Positions 1 through 12,888 of a stretch of 64,000 nucleotides of DNA are shown here, in pieces (the stretch's first letter is position 1; each line of letters starts with the position of its first letter). The notes below the pieces were generated by a model, which saw only the letters and a list, made by a program, of their open reading frames with translations, did not search any database and was not told where the DNA came from. The stretch comes from Octopus sinensis (Eukaryota), in NCBI RefSeq assembly GCF_006345805.1, contig NC_043001.1, forward strand, positions 53,010,001 to 53,074,000, read 5' to 3'. The translations under genes were made by a program, and so were the position numbers.

Positions 1-290
1 CAAAGCTTTGTGAGCGGATTTGGCTGACGGAAACTGAAAGAAACCTTGCGTATATTGGAATATATCTATGTGTGTTTGTGTTTGTCCCCCACCTACGATT
101 GACAACCGGTGCTGGTGTGTGAACTTCCCCGTAACATATCGGTTCAGCAAAGCAAACAGTTAGAATAAGTACCAGGCTTTTAAAATCTATAGTAATTGGG
201 GTCGATATTTTCGACTAAAAATATTCTTCAAGTAGTGCGGCAGCATGACCGCAGCCTAATAACTGAAAGAAGTAAAAAGCAAAAGATATG
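1..290 (+). mobile_element. SINE, 3' part (octopus-type family with internal TA/TG microsatellite)
   Basis: Shares blocks gttgacaaccggtg...gaataagtacc...ggggtcgat...gcagc...aactgaaa with copies at 41396, 48345 and 51352. Confidence 0.7.
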
Positions 291-2050
291 ATATTATTGA
301 TCAAATTTCCTGGAAAGTGATTGTAGATGTGATGGGGGAGTGTTAAAATGCGGTTAAGCAGTTACAAACAATTATTGTAGCACAGAGTGTTGAACGTTGA
401 AGTCTATGTTGAGCAACAACTAATAAAACACCTGCAATTTTGATTTAGGATTGATAACTATTAATGGTCTGTTCTTTTCTGTTTTCTACTGTGTACATAC
501 AGTCACGCGCATACGCGCGCACAGACGCACACTTAATTTGTATTACCCCCAGCCAGTAATATTTGAAAGTGAAACCCATTATGAACATGACTAAAACAAG
601 ACAGAAATATTCGTATTGACACCTTTTACAATGGTCATATATCTTCAAATAACAATTGAGAGATAATATAATAAAATATAGTCTGGTTATCTATATATCT
701 TCCGTTATTTTAATATATGTTTCTTACAGGTGGTGTTGAATTGTTCATATTTATGTATATTTTATTTATTGCTATATGAATGAGGCACGCACATGAACAG
801 TTAGTGCATACATACAGACATACAAGAGGAGTGATGAAATTACACATAGTGAAAGTATGTGACCATTTATCACTTCATCAAATCAACCGCATTTGCCTAT
901 AAGACTTTCTTTTGTGAAACTCCGGAATTCGTCAGCCCTGACACACATCGAAATTGTGTGAACACCACGATAGCGACTACTGACAGTTGAAAAAGTAGGC
1001 TATTTCACTTTTTAATCGATGATTCGTCCGGCATATACATGGTTTGAACATTGAAAATTGCAATTTGTTGTCCAACATCTCTGCTCACTGAATATCGTGG
1101 ATTATTGTCCATAATATTGTGAAATAAACGTCTGGAGCAAGATCAAATAAAATTTGAGGAAACGTCGACACATGGGCATATATGAACATATACAGTCATA
1201 CAAACATACACACATACATAGATACATACATGCATCCATAAATATGCATGTGTATTACACATATGCATTTATTTATACATAAATGTACCTATATATACAT
1301 ATATGTATGTGTGAATAGACATATGCATATAAACAAACATGTATGTATGTGTGTATGTGTGTGCGTATGTGTGGGTGTGTATGTGTGTATAAACGATATA
1401 ACAAGAATCACTAAGTGTAATAGGATTATAAATTAAATTCAGGATACATTAGAAAATAACGAGTGTTATCAGAGATAAAATAGCAGAATTTATATACAGT
1501 GCAATCTCACATATGAAATACAGTGAGATGAAAAGTACCAATTTGACTTAGATTGTCCAGTGAGACGTGCCTGTAATCTAATAGTAACAGCCATAATTAT
1601 ATTTCTATAAGACCTCTCGTCTTTTGTGTGTTTCTATTTTAATATGCTAAGAGGGAACTTTTACCCACAAGTTATTTTTAGCAGAATCAATGGTGAATGT
1701 AAAGTCTTTATCTCAGCATATTACACACGCAGGAGTCTTCCTATATTCATACTTACTCAAAAGAATGCTTCTCTGAGGTATGTATTATTTTCATTCAGAT
1801 TGTCGATATCTCTAAGCAACGTCTCACACGCTGACGCAGACACATATATACACGCAATCACAAACAGGCACAGACACTCATACACACATACACCTACACA
1901 CATGCAGTCACACACACAAATATACTCATATTCACACATAGTCGTATATACGAGAATTTATTAAAATGTGTCAATTACTTATGCTTTGCAACAGTCGAAA
2001 ATACCAAAGCAGACTAAAGTGCTTTAGAGTGCATGCATAACGGCTAAAAC

Positions 2051-2109
<59 letters not shown>

Positions 2110-2207
2110 TCGTACTGACTTTCATGGGAAACATGTATTTTTGTGGTTGAAACCTTTTGGATTAACTGGTGCTAGAGTGAGCCATATAGTGACCACTCTC
2201 TTATATT

Positions 2208-2243
<36 letters not shown>

Positions 2244-3484
2244 GGCAAGAGAGTATTCAGGCAAACTGTGTTCCATCTTCATTGTCAGTATTGTTTCAAT
2301 GCAAACAGGGGAGATATTGCTTATTGCCTTTATTTTACATTCGTAATAGCTTAACATATTTATATTAGTATGCAAAACATTCCCCACAGTGAATATGTAT
2401 TCTGTTTGCATTTTAGCACATTACTTTACATCTTTAGTTATCTCGTTTTGTTACTTATCTCTTAGTATATATAAATAACTTTTTGGGTCATGTATATTTA
2501 TTGAAATACGTTCACAAAAATATTCAAATATAAATAAATTAATATTGGCTATTGTTAGTATCCTTACAACTATACTTGTTAATTCTACTTGTTTTTCTTG
2601 CTCTAAAAAACATGAAGCCAGTAAACTGAGAAATATCGACTGTAATGGGATATCATTAAATCGTGCTAATATTAATGCATATAGAAACTGGAGGAGATAC
2701 TGAACAATTCCAGAGGATTGAGAAAATGGACTGCACGTTGATATTCTATTTATATTTTTGTAACTATTTCCCCATGTCATTAGATTACATAAACAGATAA
2801 AATTGAGAGATGGAAACTATAGCCATTCTATTTGAATCAGCTTTCAACGTTATATAATAGCCTTAACAAATTCAAGTGAATGTAAAACAAATTATATGAA
2901 AAATAGATAATATCTTTGAACACACTATTATTAACCATTAGTTGTCTCTTGCGTTATTGACGAGGGACACAAACTCTTCACGAAATCCCTCGAGAATGAT
3001 CGGACAATGAATTTAATCTACTTCAGAGAAAAACAAGGAGAAAAATATTACATAATTTGTATTCCGTGTGTCTAGATTACGAAATTATACTCAAGAACAT
3101 CTGAAAATACTGTCCTTTGTAACCATTATAACGCCACGGGAATAACAAACCGATATTTTTATATAGTACAATTTGAAGGCGGTGGATGCAGTTGGAAGTT
3201 GGGTGGGATACCTTACAGTTTGTGATCATATTCCATCTACGCTCAGTTCAAATCCTGATGTTGCTGCTTTGTCATCTTTTCAAGGTTGACAACAACGAAA
3301 CAAGTATATAAGTATACTGGTCCCTGCCATTCCCCATGTTGCGGTTGTTGTTTCCAATGTCTAACAGCAGTGTTTTCTGTTTCAAGTTTACTGACTCCTT
3401 GTCCAAGAATTCTGTTGCATTCAACTTTACTCAACCCTATGACACCCATGGTCCTACTTTTAATCGTGTCCTTATGCCTACAGT

Positions 3485-4383
3485 TATCTGCGTGTGTGTG
3501 TGTCTGTGTGTCCGTTCCCCTTGTTACCATTGTTGTTGTTGTTGTATTCGATTTTTTCTCTGTTTTTGCTTTTGTATTTGTATATGTTGCATGTGTTCGT
3601 GTGTTCGTTAATGCAGTTGTTGTTGCTGCTGCTGTTGGTGAGGTTGTAGTTGATCGTGTTGTTGCTGCTGCAGCCTTTACTGCCTGTGTTGTTGCTGCTG
3701 CTGAGGTTATTTTTGTTGATATTGTTGTTGTCGTTCGTGCTGTTGTTGTTGCTGCAGTTATTGTTGTTCGTATTGCTGTTGCTGTTGTTGTACTTGTTTG
3801 AATTCCAAAGTATTTTTATGAAAGACTTTTCAATTTCAGAGAGGGTTAGGATGGTATTTACCTTATTATAGACAGCATATTTTGGTGGTAGTTAAAGTAA
3901 CGACTTTTCCTCTGTGTCCGTTGCTACTACCCCATAGATGTTCGTTTCGGTGTCCTTCTTGAATTCCGCTGGTAGTGGGACATCTGCCATAATAATTCCG
4001 TTTATTGTATCTGGGTACTTCTGTTTATCTTCTTTTGCGAGCTTGTATTGTTGTTTTCGTTTCAACCACGTGAATTTACTTCTGAAATGTCTATTGCACT
4101 GGCGTATAATATGTGTGTTCTCTACATGCATTATATCCATAAGTGTGGTACTTTCTGTTCGTGTGGTGATGCTTCTAGATCCTCTTAATAATATGCGTCT
4201 GCGCTTTTCTTGTTCGCTTAGTTCTCTGTAGATTTTCTTTATTATGATCGCCATTAGCGTTCGTTTCAGCCTTTTAGCCTGGCCATTGATGAGTTCTAGT
4301 CTTTCCACGCCGTATGTGACTCTGTTAATATATATTTTGGAGGAGACACATTGTTTTATAAAGTGAAGGTTGCGAGTTGTCAC
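3485..4383 (-). pseudogene. Penelope-like element ORF N-terminal region with Asn-rich linker
   Basis: Frame reads ...EEKSLL*LPPKYAVYNKVNTILTLSEIEKSFIKILWN, resembling the PLE 'L.LGPKFA...EIEK...W' pre-RT motif, then ~90 Asn/Ser-rich codons. Lies directly downstream of an HHR-bearing pLTR on the same strand. Confidence 0.6.
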
Positions 4384-4389
4384 GGTTTT

Positions 4390-5345
4390 TCATAGGCAAC
4401 TGAATATAGTGTTTTATAGCATCTTGCTAGCCTGGCTAGGACTCACATTTTTATATTTATATATTCATTTTGCAAGATTCTTGATGTAATTTCGTGTGTT
4501 AAATCATATATTGCTGTATTTGGGGATGATCATGTTGCCAGTTTAGCCAATAAAAACAAACACACTGTATATTAGGTGTTCACCGGCCAGAGCTCTTTCG
4601 TCACACTTCTGTGATCTCATCAATGGTCCTTTGCTTCCTTCTTTATTATTTTTTTGTGTGTCTCTCTCTATTAATGTTCTGCTATTTTCTATCCTATTGT
4701 ACATGTCTTTATTTGCGCATGCGTATGTCTCTGTACCTGTCTATGTTTAGTAATTGTGTGTGTGTGGGGGATGTGCCTGCATTATCAGTATCTCCTGTTT
4801 ATACATGTTTTTTAAATTTATTTTTAATTATGTTATTCATTTGTTTATATCTACTTAATTTTTCTTTTATTTCTATTTTTTGTATTAATTTAATTTAATT
4901 TATTTAGTTACTGTATATAATTATTTAATTTCGTTTATTCATCAATGTATTATATTCGTATTATTATCAATTTATGGGGATCTTATTCTCTCACAGACTG
5001 TAGTGTGTTGTGGGGGTGTGCTAGTGTTCAGATTTCTATTATGTGTGTAGCTTCCGGAATTTGTTTAAGCATTGCGTCTGTTCTGTGTGAGGTCAAGATT
5101 TTAACTTCTATGTTGTTGAGTGAGACCCCGTGTTCCTGCTCGGCGTGCTGGTACAGAACCGATGAGCTCTTCTCTTCCTTAAGTTCCCTCCAATGCTCAT
5201 GTACCCGCTCTCCTATGATACATGCTGTCTCCCCCACGTACGTCAGTCTTGTTTCTGCACCGCCCCTCTGTACAACTTATACTTTATTCTATAGCTTCGA
5301 ATTTCTTCATGGCCCCTTTGTATACTGTAATCCAGTCTGTGGAGC
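4390..5345 (-). mobile_element. Penelope-like element A, inverted arm (GIY-YIG C-terminus, 3'UTR/pLTR)
   Basis: YVGETACIIGERVHEH...VKILTSHRTDAMLKQIPEATHII; reverse-complement homolog of 6740-7600. Confidence 0.8.
4585..4629 (-). ncRNA. Type I hammerhead ribozyme motif, decayed (PLE-A pLTR)
   Basis: GGACCA UUGAUGA G AUCAC AGAAGU GUGAC GAAA GAGC UC UGGCC; C3>U and a stem II mismatch. Confidence 0.55.
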
Positions 5346-5364
5346 GAATATCATTCGTAGCTAG

Positions 5365-7601
5365 AGGATCTCCTACTTCCTCTCAATTATCACACACTCC
5401 CTAATCCAGATATCACCTGATGTTTGTGACAGCACAGGGGATTTCCTTAGCAGGATCAACCACTGTAACAACAACTGCGACCTGACAGGATGTATAGTGG
5501 GTAGCATGGATGTAGTGTCCCTATACCGATCTACCGATGTTGATTTTGCGGTGAGGTGCGTGGAGTTGATCAGCGAGAGTGAAGTGGAGTTCTGCAACAT
5601 CAGCACAGAGGAAGTGGGCCTCCTACTTAGACTGACATATGACAATGAATATCTCGACAAATATGAACTTAGAAGTTTCTGCCCCATTAGATGTTTAAGA
5701 GGTATACCACTCACAATTATATCTATGGCTAGGAAGACTCCTATAGAGAGATGGAACGGATAGGCCAGAGCCATATAGATCCCGGAAACGAATATCAGAT
5801 AAAGAAAATTTATCGCACAAGCACTAGGAGCTAGTATAAAAGTTATCCTAAAAGGCCACACCTTTAAGTTTAACAATGAAATATACGCTCAGGTTGAGAG
5901 GGCAAACATTGGGGTTAGTAACGCGGGTGATGTGGCCAAACATTTCATGGCATGGGGGGACAGAAGGCTTGAAGAACTATAGAGAGTATCCAGCAAATAG
6001 CTAACTCCATCCACCAGAGTATTAACGTCACGATAGAGTACCCGATGAAACACCCTAACCATAGACTACCAGTACTAGATACAGAACTGTCTGGAAACTG
6101 TGAATAATAAAACCCAAATCCTTCACTCACACTATGCCAAATCCATGGCCTCGAAATATCTGATCTACCGGAACTCAGCTATCGAGAACAATGCCAAATT
6201 CAATATATTGATTGCAGATCTCATCAGAGTAATGAGAAATATGTCCCGCATGTGGGAACCTACAGAGTTAAAATGGCACAACGACACTGCTTTCATCGCA
6301 TGCAGTTCTCGGGATACAGCCATAGAGAAAGGATCAGAGTATACAAAGGAGCCGTGAGAAAATTTGAAGCAATAGTGCGTAACGATAGGAATGGCATTTA
6401 CCCACTCTATAAGAGCAAGTCATGGAACACCTTTCAAAGGACTGAGAAGAAAATAGGGAAGGCCAACTCATTGAATGATAGCCACAAATACCAGATCGTC
6501 ATGTTCGTTGACACCACCTGTAGAGGCGAACTGGTGTACCGATTTAGAAGGGACCTAGACAAACCTAAGCTAAGAATTAAGGTGGTAGAAAGGCTCGGTA
6601 GCCCTATCAAATCCCTAATCGGTAGAACCTTCTGATTTTGTAGAACCCCTGTACTGAGAGCAACTGTATTCTATGTAGATTTATCCCACAAACAAACTAG
6701 GAATATAGTCTACAGTATGTTCAGAGGGACGGTGCAGAAACAAGACAACGAGGTACGTAGGGGAGACAGCATGGAGCATGGGAGAGTGGGTACATGAGCA
6801 TTAAAGTGATCTTAAGGAAGAGAAGAGCTCATCGGTTCTGTACCAGCACGCCGAGAAGAAACACGGGGGCTCACTCAACAACATAGAAGTTAAAATCTTG
6901 ACCACACATAGAACAGAAGCAACGCTTAAACAAATTCCGGAGACTACACACATAATAGAAGATAAACCTAGCCTGAATCGGAAACTAGAATGGAAGACTA
7001 GCACACCCCCAACACACCACAATTTATGACAGAATAAGATCCCCGTAAACGGATAATGATATAATACAATACTCTGATAAATAAATTGAATTAAATAACT
7101 ATATACATTAACAAATTAAATTGAATTAAATTAAAACAAAAAATAGAAAAAAAAGTAAGTAGATATAAACAAATGAATAAAATAAATTAAAATAAATTAA
7201 ACGAACGTGTATAAACAGGGGATGCTAATAATGCAAGCACATTCTCTCTCTCACACACACACACACACACACTTACTAAATACACACACACACATACACA
7301 CAGGGACATACACATGCGCATATAAAGACATATTCAAAATGGCAGATCATTACTAAAGAGAGACAGACAAAAAAAAAGAAGAAAGCAAAGGACCACTGAT
7401 GAGGTCACGGAAGTGTGACGAAAGACCTCTGTCCGAAAAACAATTAATATAGAATAAAGCTGAAGCAAGTGAACACCAAATATATAACATATGCATCTTT
7501 ATTGTCTATACTGACAAAATGACCCTCCCCAAATACAAACATATATGTTTCTACACACGAAATCACATCAAGAATCTTGTAAAACAAATATATTTATATA
7601 T
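5365..7601 (+). mobile_element. Penelope-like element A, RT + GIY-YIG + pLTR (5'-truncated, decayed)
   Basis: RT motifs GSMDVVSLY, TFKFNNEIYAQ...IGVSNAGDVA, LPVLDTE, ILHSHYAKSMAS; GIY-YIG RNIVYS...RYVGETA; several stops and frameshifts. Confidence 0.85.
7390..7434 (+). ncRNA. Type I hammerhead ribozyme motif (PLE-A pLTR)
   Basis: GGACCA CUGAUGA G GUCAC GGAAGU GUGAC GAAA GACC UC UGUCC; intact core, 5-bp stem II. Confidence 0.7.
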
Positions 7602-7823
7602 AATTAATCAATTTAGGGTAGCAAAAAATTCAATAGAAATTTATCGCTACCAGCGGCCTAGTGGAAAAGAGAAAATAGTCAAAGACTAAAATATATAAAT
7701 ATAACAATTTAGGAGTGGCCTTAACAGGCCATTCGTCCACTAGAGAGAGCAGCCAGAACTCAAACCGCCAAGCATTAGTAATTCAGAAATTAGGTGAAAA
7801 TTTAAAAACGTTTACCCTAATTC

Positions 7824-7927
7824 ATCTTTTAGACGATGCATCGTTTCTGTGTTTTTAAATGATAAACTAGCTTAATTAAATTAAATTAAGCTAATCTACC
7901 ATAGGTCACACTTCATCAGTAAAAGAC
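7824..7927 (-). ncRNA. Type I hammerhead ribozyme with long stem II
   Basis: GUCUUUUA CUGAUGA AG UGUG [hairpin] CACA GAAA CGAUGCAUCG UC UAAAAGAU; 8-bp stem I, 12-nt palindromic helix III. Confidence 0.8.
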
Positions 7928-8296
7928 CTGGGAGAGACAAATATACACGAGGCGTCTGTATCAATGCCTCCGGAATATCTGTCTTAAAATTTTCAAGACC
8001 AACGTGTTCGCGCCAATCCATCCGCAGTAAATATAAACTGCCGATTCAATCTCAGAATTAGTCAGAAAATTATCAATTAATCAATTTAGGGTAGCTAAAA
8101 ATTCAATAGAAATTTATCGCTACCAGCGGCCTAGTGGAAAAGAGAAAATAGTCAAAGACTAAAATATATAAATATAACAATTTAGGAGTGGCCTTAACAG
8201 GCCATTCGTCCACTAGAGAGAGCAGCCAGAACTCAAACCGCCAAGCATTAGTAATTCAGAAAATAGGTGAAAATTTAAAAACGTTTACCCTAATTC

Positions 8297-8400
8297 ATCT
8301 TTTAGACGATGCATCGTTTCTGTGTTTTTAAATGATAAACTAGCTTAATTAAATAAAATTAAGCTAATCTACCATAGGTCACACTTCATCAGTAAAAGAC
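8297..8400 (-). ncRNA. Type I hammerhead ribozyme with long stem II (copy 2)
   Basis: Same motif, one unit (473 bp) away. Confidence 0.8.
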
Positions 8401-8416
8401 CTGGGAGCTCTCCCAG

Positions 8417-8520
8417 GTCTTTTACTGATGAAGTGTGACCTATGGTAGATCAGCTTAATATAATTTAATTAAGCTAGTTTATCATTTAAAAACACAGGAA
8501 CGATGCATCGTCTAAAAGAT
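8417..8520 (+). ncRNA. Type I hammerhead motif, inverted copy with GAAA>GGAA (probably inactive)
   Basis: cttttaCTGATGAagtgtg...cacaGGAAcgatgcatcgTCtaaaag. Confidence 0.6.
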
Positions 8521-8640
8521 GAATTAGGGTAAACGTTTTTAAATTTTCACCTAATTTCTGAATTACTAATGCTTGGCGGTTTGAGTTCTGGCTGCTCTCT
8601 CTAGTGGACGAATGGCCTGTTAAGGCCACTCCTAAATTGT

Positions 8641-8672
<32 letters not shown>

Positions 8673-8734
8673 CATACATACATATATGTACATATGTATG
8701 CATGTGTATACATACATACATACATGCATGCATG

Positions 8735-8767
<33 letters not shown>

Positions 8768-9974
8768 ATGTGTATATAAACCATTAAAATCAAGCAGTAA
8801 GATAAATGAATCTATTAATTTAACCACTTGATATACTCAGGTTTAGGACGGTTTATCATGTAATAATAAATTTAGTGTATAACGAACTATTTAACGTCAG
8901 CCCCAATATGCATTCGATGTGACCGACATAGATGAGAAAGAATAACTAAAATAGGAACAATATTCCTATGGATAAAGAAAACGGAGAGCTGATCAGAGAG
9001 TAAGATACATCAAAAGTTCAATTTATAACAAGTGAGGTGATTTGAGTTCCTTTCTGCCTCTCCTAACTCCGCCGTATATTAATTAGTACACAATGTATTG
9101 AATACATGTTATAGCACAAAAATATTCTCATTTACTTCACCTCCACGTTATTTCTGTTTTATACTTCATGAATCATATTCTGCAATTAATAGTTTTCTTA
9201 TTCATGTTTCCTCTCATTTATTTATTAATACCGATAACACCTACTGAGTGTCAGTGTTGAGAAAGCCAATACTGTCAAAGAGTTCCGTAAAATATGTGTA
9301 CGAATCCCTTATACATATATTCATAGCGTAGTAAATCCATTAATGAGATTTTCTATTCCAGTAAAGTGTCGAGTGCACTTTAGTTGATGTGAGGAATTAC
9401 AATCTTTAATATTCAACAAAAGTATCAGGAATAAAAATTACCACGTTTCAAACACATGTAAAAGAAAAAATGCAAACATTCTTCCAAAACTTTTGACTCT
9501 ATATGTACTGAACATAGAAGTAAAAATGAAAGCTAGATTTAGTAAATACACAAATATTTGTTTTATTGTATTTATTATTCAGTATTTTTTCACCTCTTGT
9601 GAAAATGTACTATCACCTTAAGTCTGATAGTATCATAGAACATGCATGATGAACATGCATAAATTAGATACCGTTGGACTCCCGATGCAGTTAAGGTAAA
9701 TAAATACAATAGTCGATATAAATGAAGACTACTTTATCAAATTATGTGGCGCTGAATCTGCTTGAGAATTTCGCTAAGGGATATGCAAGTACATCTCCGA
9801 TGTAGGTAAAGTTCTCTATATAATACTCAGCCGCTTACTTGTTAATTTCACAAGAAGGCAATCACTTGCTCTAACACATCACTGCCATTGACAGAGAAAT
9901 CAATATTTCCGAAATTATGCACTATGTCATTTAGAGATAGTGCGTAATGCACAAGCACACACGAACCCAAATTC

Positions 9975-10024
<50 letters not shown>

Positions 10025-11211
10025 TATATATAATATATATATATATATATAATATATGCATAAATGTATATATGTATTATGTGTCTATACACTTTTATAA
10101 ATCATATAACGTGCTGCAGTGCATTAGAAAGTGGTGAGCCCTTTCACTGTGGAAATAGTTTCAGTAAAGTATACTTATTCACAACTGCATAACATTGTAT
10201 TTACACATGTTGAAGAAGATTTCTTTTGTAAGAATTCATATAAATAGTTTACTGAAACAAACATATATTTTCCGTATAGATACTCATTTGTGTTAATATT
10301 CTTTTTTGTTTTTGATGGGGTGTAATTTAATAGACATTGATCTGATGACTATATATTCACATGTAATTCAAAATGTTAGATGTTCAGTTTTGGGGGACAA
10401 CCAATTAGTTTAGGTTGAGATCGTTTATGAGTTTCAAATAACATTTTATTATAGATGCTGCAGATATTTTTCTCATATATTTTTAATAAATGCGATGAAT
10501 TTTTAGACATGACAAATTCATCCATTCAATATTAATTTACATTTAATTTGAAATAGACTATGTTTTTCTTTAAGAGTTGAACTTTGTTTTCCATTCGACG
10601 ATTTAAAATCATACTCAACTCAGAATTATCATTTTATTTATGAATGATGTTTTAATTGCATAATTTCATTTGAGCGTGGAAATAGTGTACGTAGTGTTGT
10701 ATGACTTACGTCTTTATGTATGTACACTACAGTATATAAACATTAAATCATAAAGTAAAAATATTCATATTTAATCCTACTTGTATATAAGGGCTTAAAT
10801 TATGAAACCTTCTTCGATGATTTGAGTAACTTGGTTTGAAATGTAAGAAAAAGAAACGAAATTGAGCAGTAAAATATAAACAGGTAAAAGCATTTCCGAA
10901 TATGTGTGAGAGTAAGGTAACAACGTTTAAGCAATTGCGGAAGGGTGTTTCTGGAAATAATGAATAATGAGGTATATTAGTTAAAATATGTAGGAATTGT
11001 ATAAGTATTTTTTTTCACATTTTAACGTCGCATCCTACAGCGCTAGTAGGATGGAAGACAAATTCAGATTTAACGAGTTTGATATTAAAAAACCCATATC
11101 TAAATGACTCTACAAGATTAAAAAATAGCATATTGCTTTATAAGAGTACAATGTATCTTACAATATACACAAATATTAAATAAGATGATATTTATTATAT
11201 TAATATTCTTT

Positions 11212-11430
11212 TCTACTGTAGGCACGAGGCCCGAAATTTTGGGGGAGGTGGGCCAGTCGATTAGATCGACCCTAGTACACAACTGGTACTTATTTATTCG
11301 ACCCCTTATCGACCCCGAAAGTATGAAAGGGAAAGTCGACCTCGGTAGAATTTGAACTCAGAACGTAGCGGCTGACGAAATTCTACTAAGCATTTCGCCC
11401 AGCGGGCTAAAATTTCTGCCATTTCGCTGC
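11212..11430 (-). mobile_element. tRNA-headed SINE (octopus-type)
   Basis: A-box/B-box-like head (tggcagaa...gagttcaaattc) on the minus strand; body gtcgactttccctttcat...ggggtcgat repeated many times in the window. Confidence 0.75.
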
Positions 11431-12633
11431 CCTTTTTTATTATATTAGTATGGATTAATTGATCTGGAGATAAAAGAAAAAATTTGATCCAAGAACATTT
11501 ATATAACCGCTAAACGCATGATGAACACTCCGATGGTGCTTGATTTTATAAGCTATATTTATGAATGTAGTACTTCACAATATTAAGTTCAGTAAGGTAC
11601 AGATGCTGTTATTGAACAAGTTCGTTTTTCTTTTCGTTACAAAATTTCCAGAATTTTCAATAAAGAATAGCAAAGATGGAACAATAAGTTGTAGCAAAGA
11701 AATAATATATATGTATATATATACACAGAGGAATCTTCCATATAACATAGCATGGCTTTCGCTTCGTCAGAGGTTCCAAACCAAGTCCCTGAATGTGTCA
11801 CCAGGAATCTGGGACTGGTTTACAAAAAGAGAACCAAGAGACCTACTGTAAAACGGTGAATTTCGTCCAGTTTTTCAACGAGGTTGCAGATTAAACCTAT
11901 TGGCAATATATTCCAAGCAGTTCCTTTTCACTCCGTTTGACTCACAATGCATGGGTCTACAAAAGAATGTGAAAGAATACATATGTGTATGTTTGCGTGC
12001 AGTGACTTAAAACCAAAAATTAAATTAATACAAAATAACATTCTCGAACACACTGCCAATATGTTAACTCAATATGATGTATATTGTTAGATTATAAAAT
12101 AACTAACTCATAATTTTCAACACAATGCAGGATAGTAAATTAATCCTTTTGAAATGGCCAATGTTTTTTTCAGAAACATTTGTTTATAAATGCACATTTC
12201 ATTGAATTCAAAACTACGCAATCTCTATATTTATATGTGAATGAAATAGTTATTCATTCTCATGCTTATACAAGTTTTGAATACCACAATGTATCATAGC
12301 GTTGGCACAGCTGTTTACTCAATGTTCATCATTAAATTTAAGTATCATATTTATTTGAATCAGATTGAATCTTCTCAGAGAAGATGATATAACCCTCATA
12401 ATCAGTGTAACAAGATCGAAAGTTCTTCAGATATCTTATTAATATCCTGGCTATCGGGTATTCGAAAGCAAAGACAAATGAATTAGTGAATTCTCAGTTA
12501 TTATAAATTCTTCATACTTCTTCCACTTAGAACGAATTCATTTTATTTAAGCATTTACTTTCATTGTTTTTAAAATAAGTAGCTGAACACATGGACACAC
12601 ACACAGACATACATACGCACACACACACACACG

Positions 12634-12666
<33 letters not shown>

Positions 12667-12821
12667 GCATAAAATAGTTTTAGAAATCACATAATACTGA
12701 AATATTTACTAAATTGCATTACGTGTCTCATAATTTACAGGTTCCAGTCACAAGTATGTGTGTGTATATATATATATATATATAAATACATATATATATA
12801 TACACATACATATATATAATA

Positions 12822-12888
<67 letters not shown>

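Larger units (their letters stand above)
7602..8407 (-). repeat. Tandem repeat, 473-bp unit x1.7, each unit carrying an HHR (retrozyme/pLTR-like)
   Basis: aattaatcaatttagggtag starts at 7602 and 8075; units nearly identical. Confidence 0.9.
8175..8645. repeat. Fold-back inverted repeat (~233-bp arms, 2-nt spacer at 8408-8409)
   Basis: ...aagacctgggag ct ctcccaggtctt...; right arm is the reverse complement of 8175-8407. Confidence 0.9.

Noticed and set aside
2112-2140. CUGAC...GAAACAUGUA next to (TA)n
   Set aside because: Core incomplete (no GA) and no stems I or II; at best a truncated relic
11744-11775. Minus-strand CUGACGA AGC GAAA GC CAU GC UA
   Set aside because: No room for stem II and no convincing stem I; about one such match is expected by chance in this much sequence
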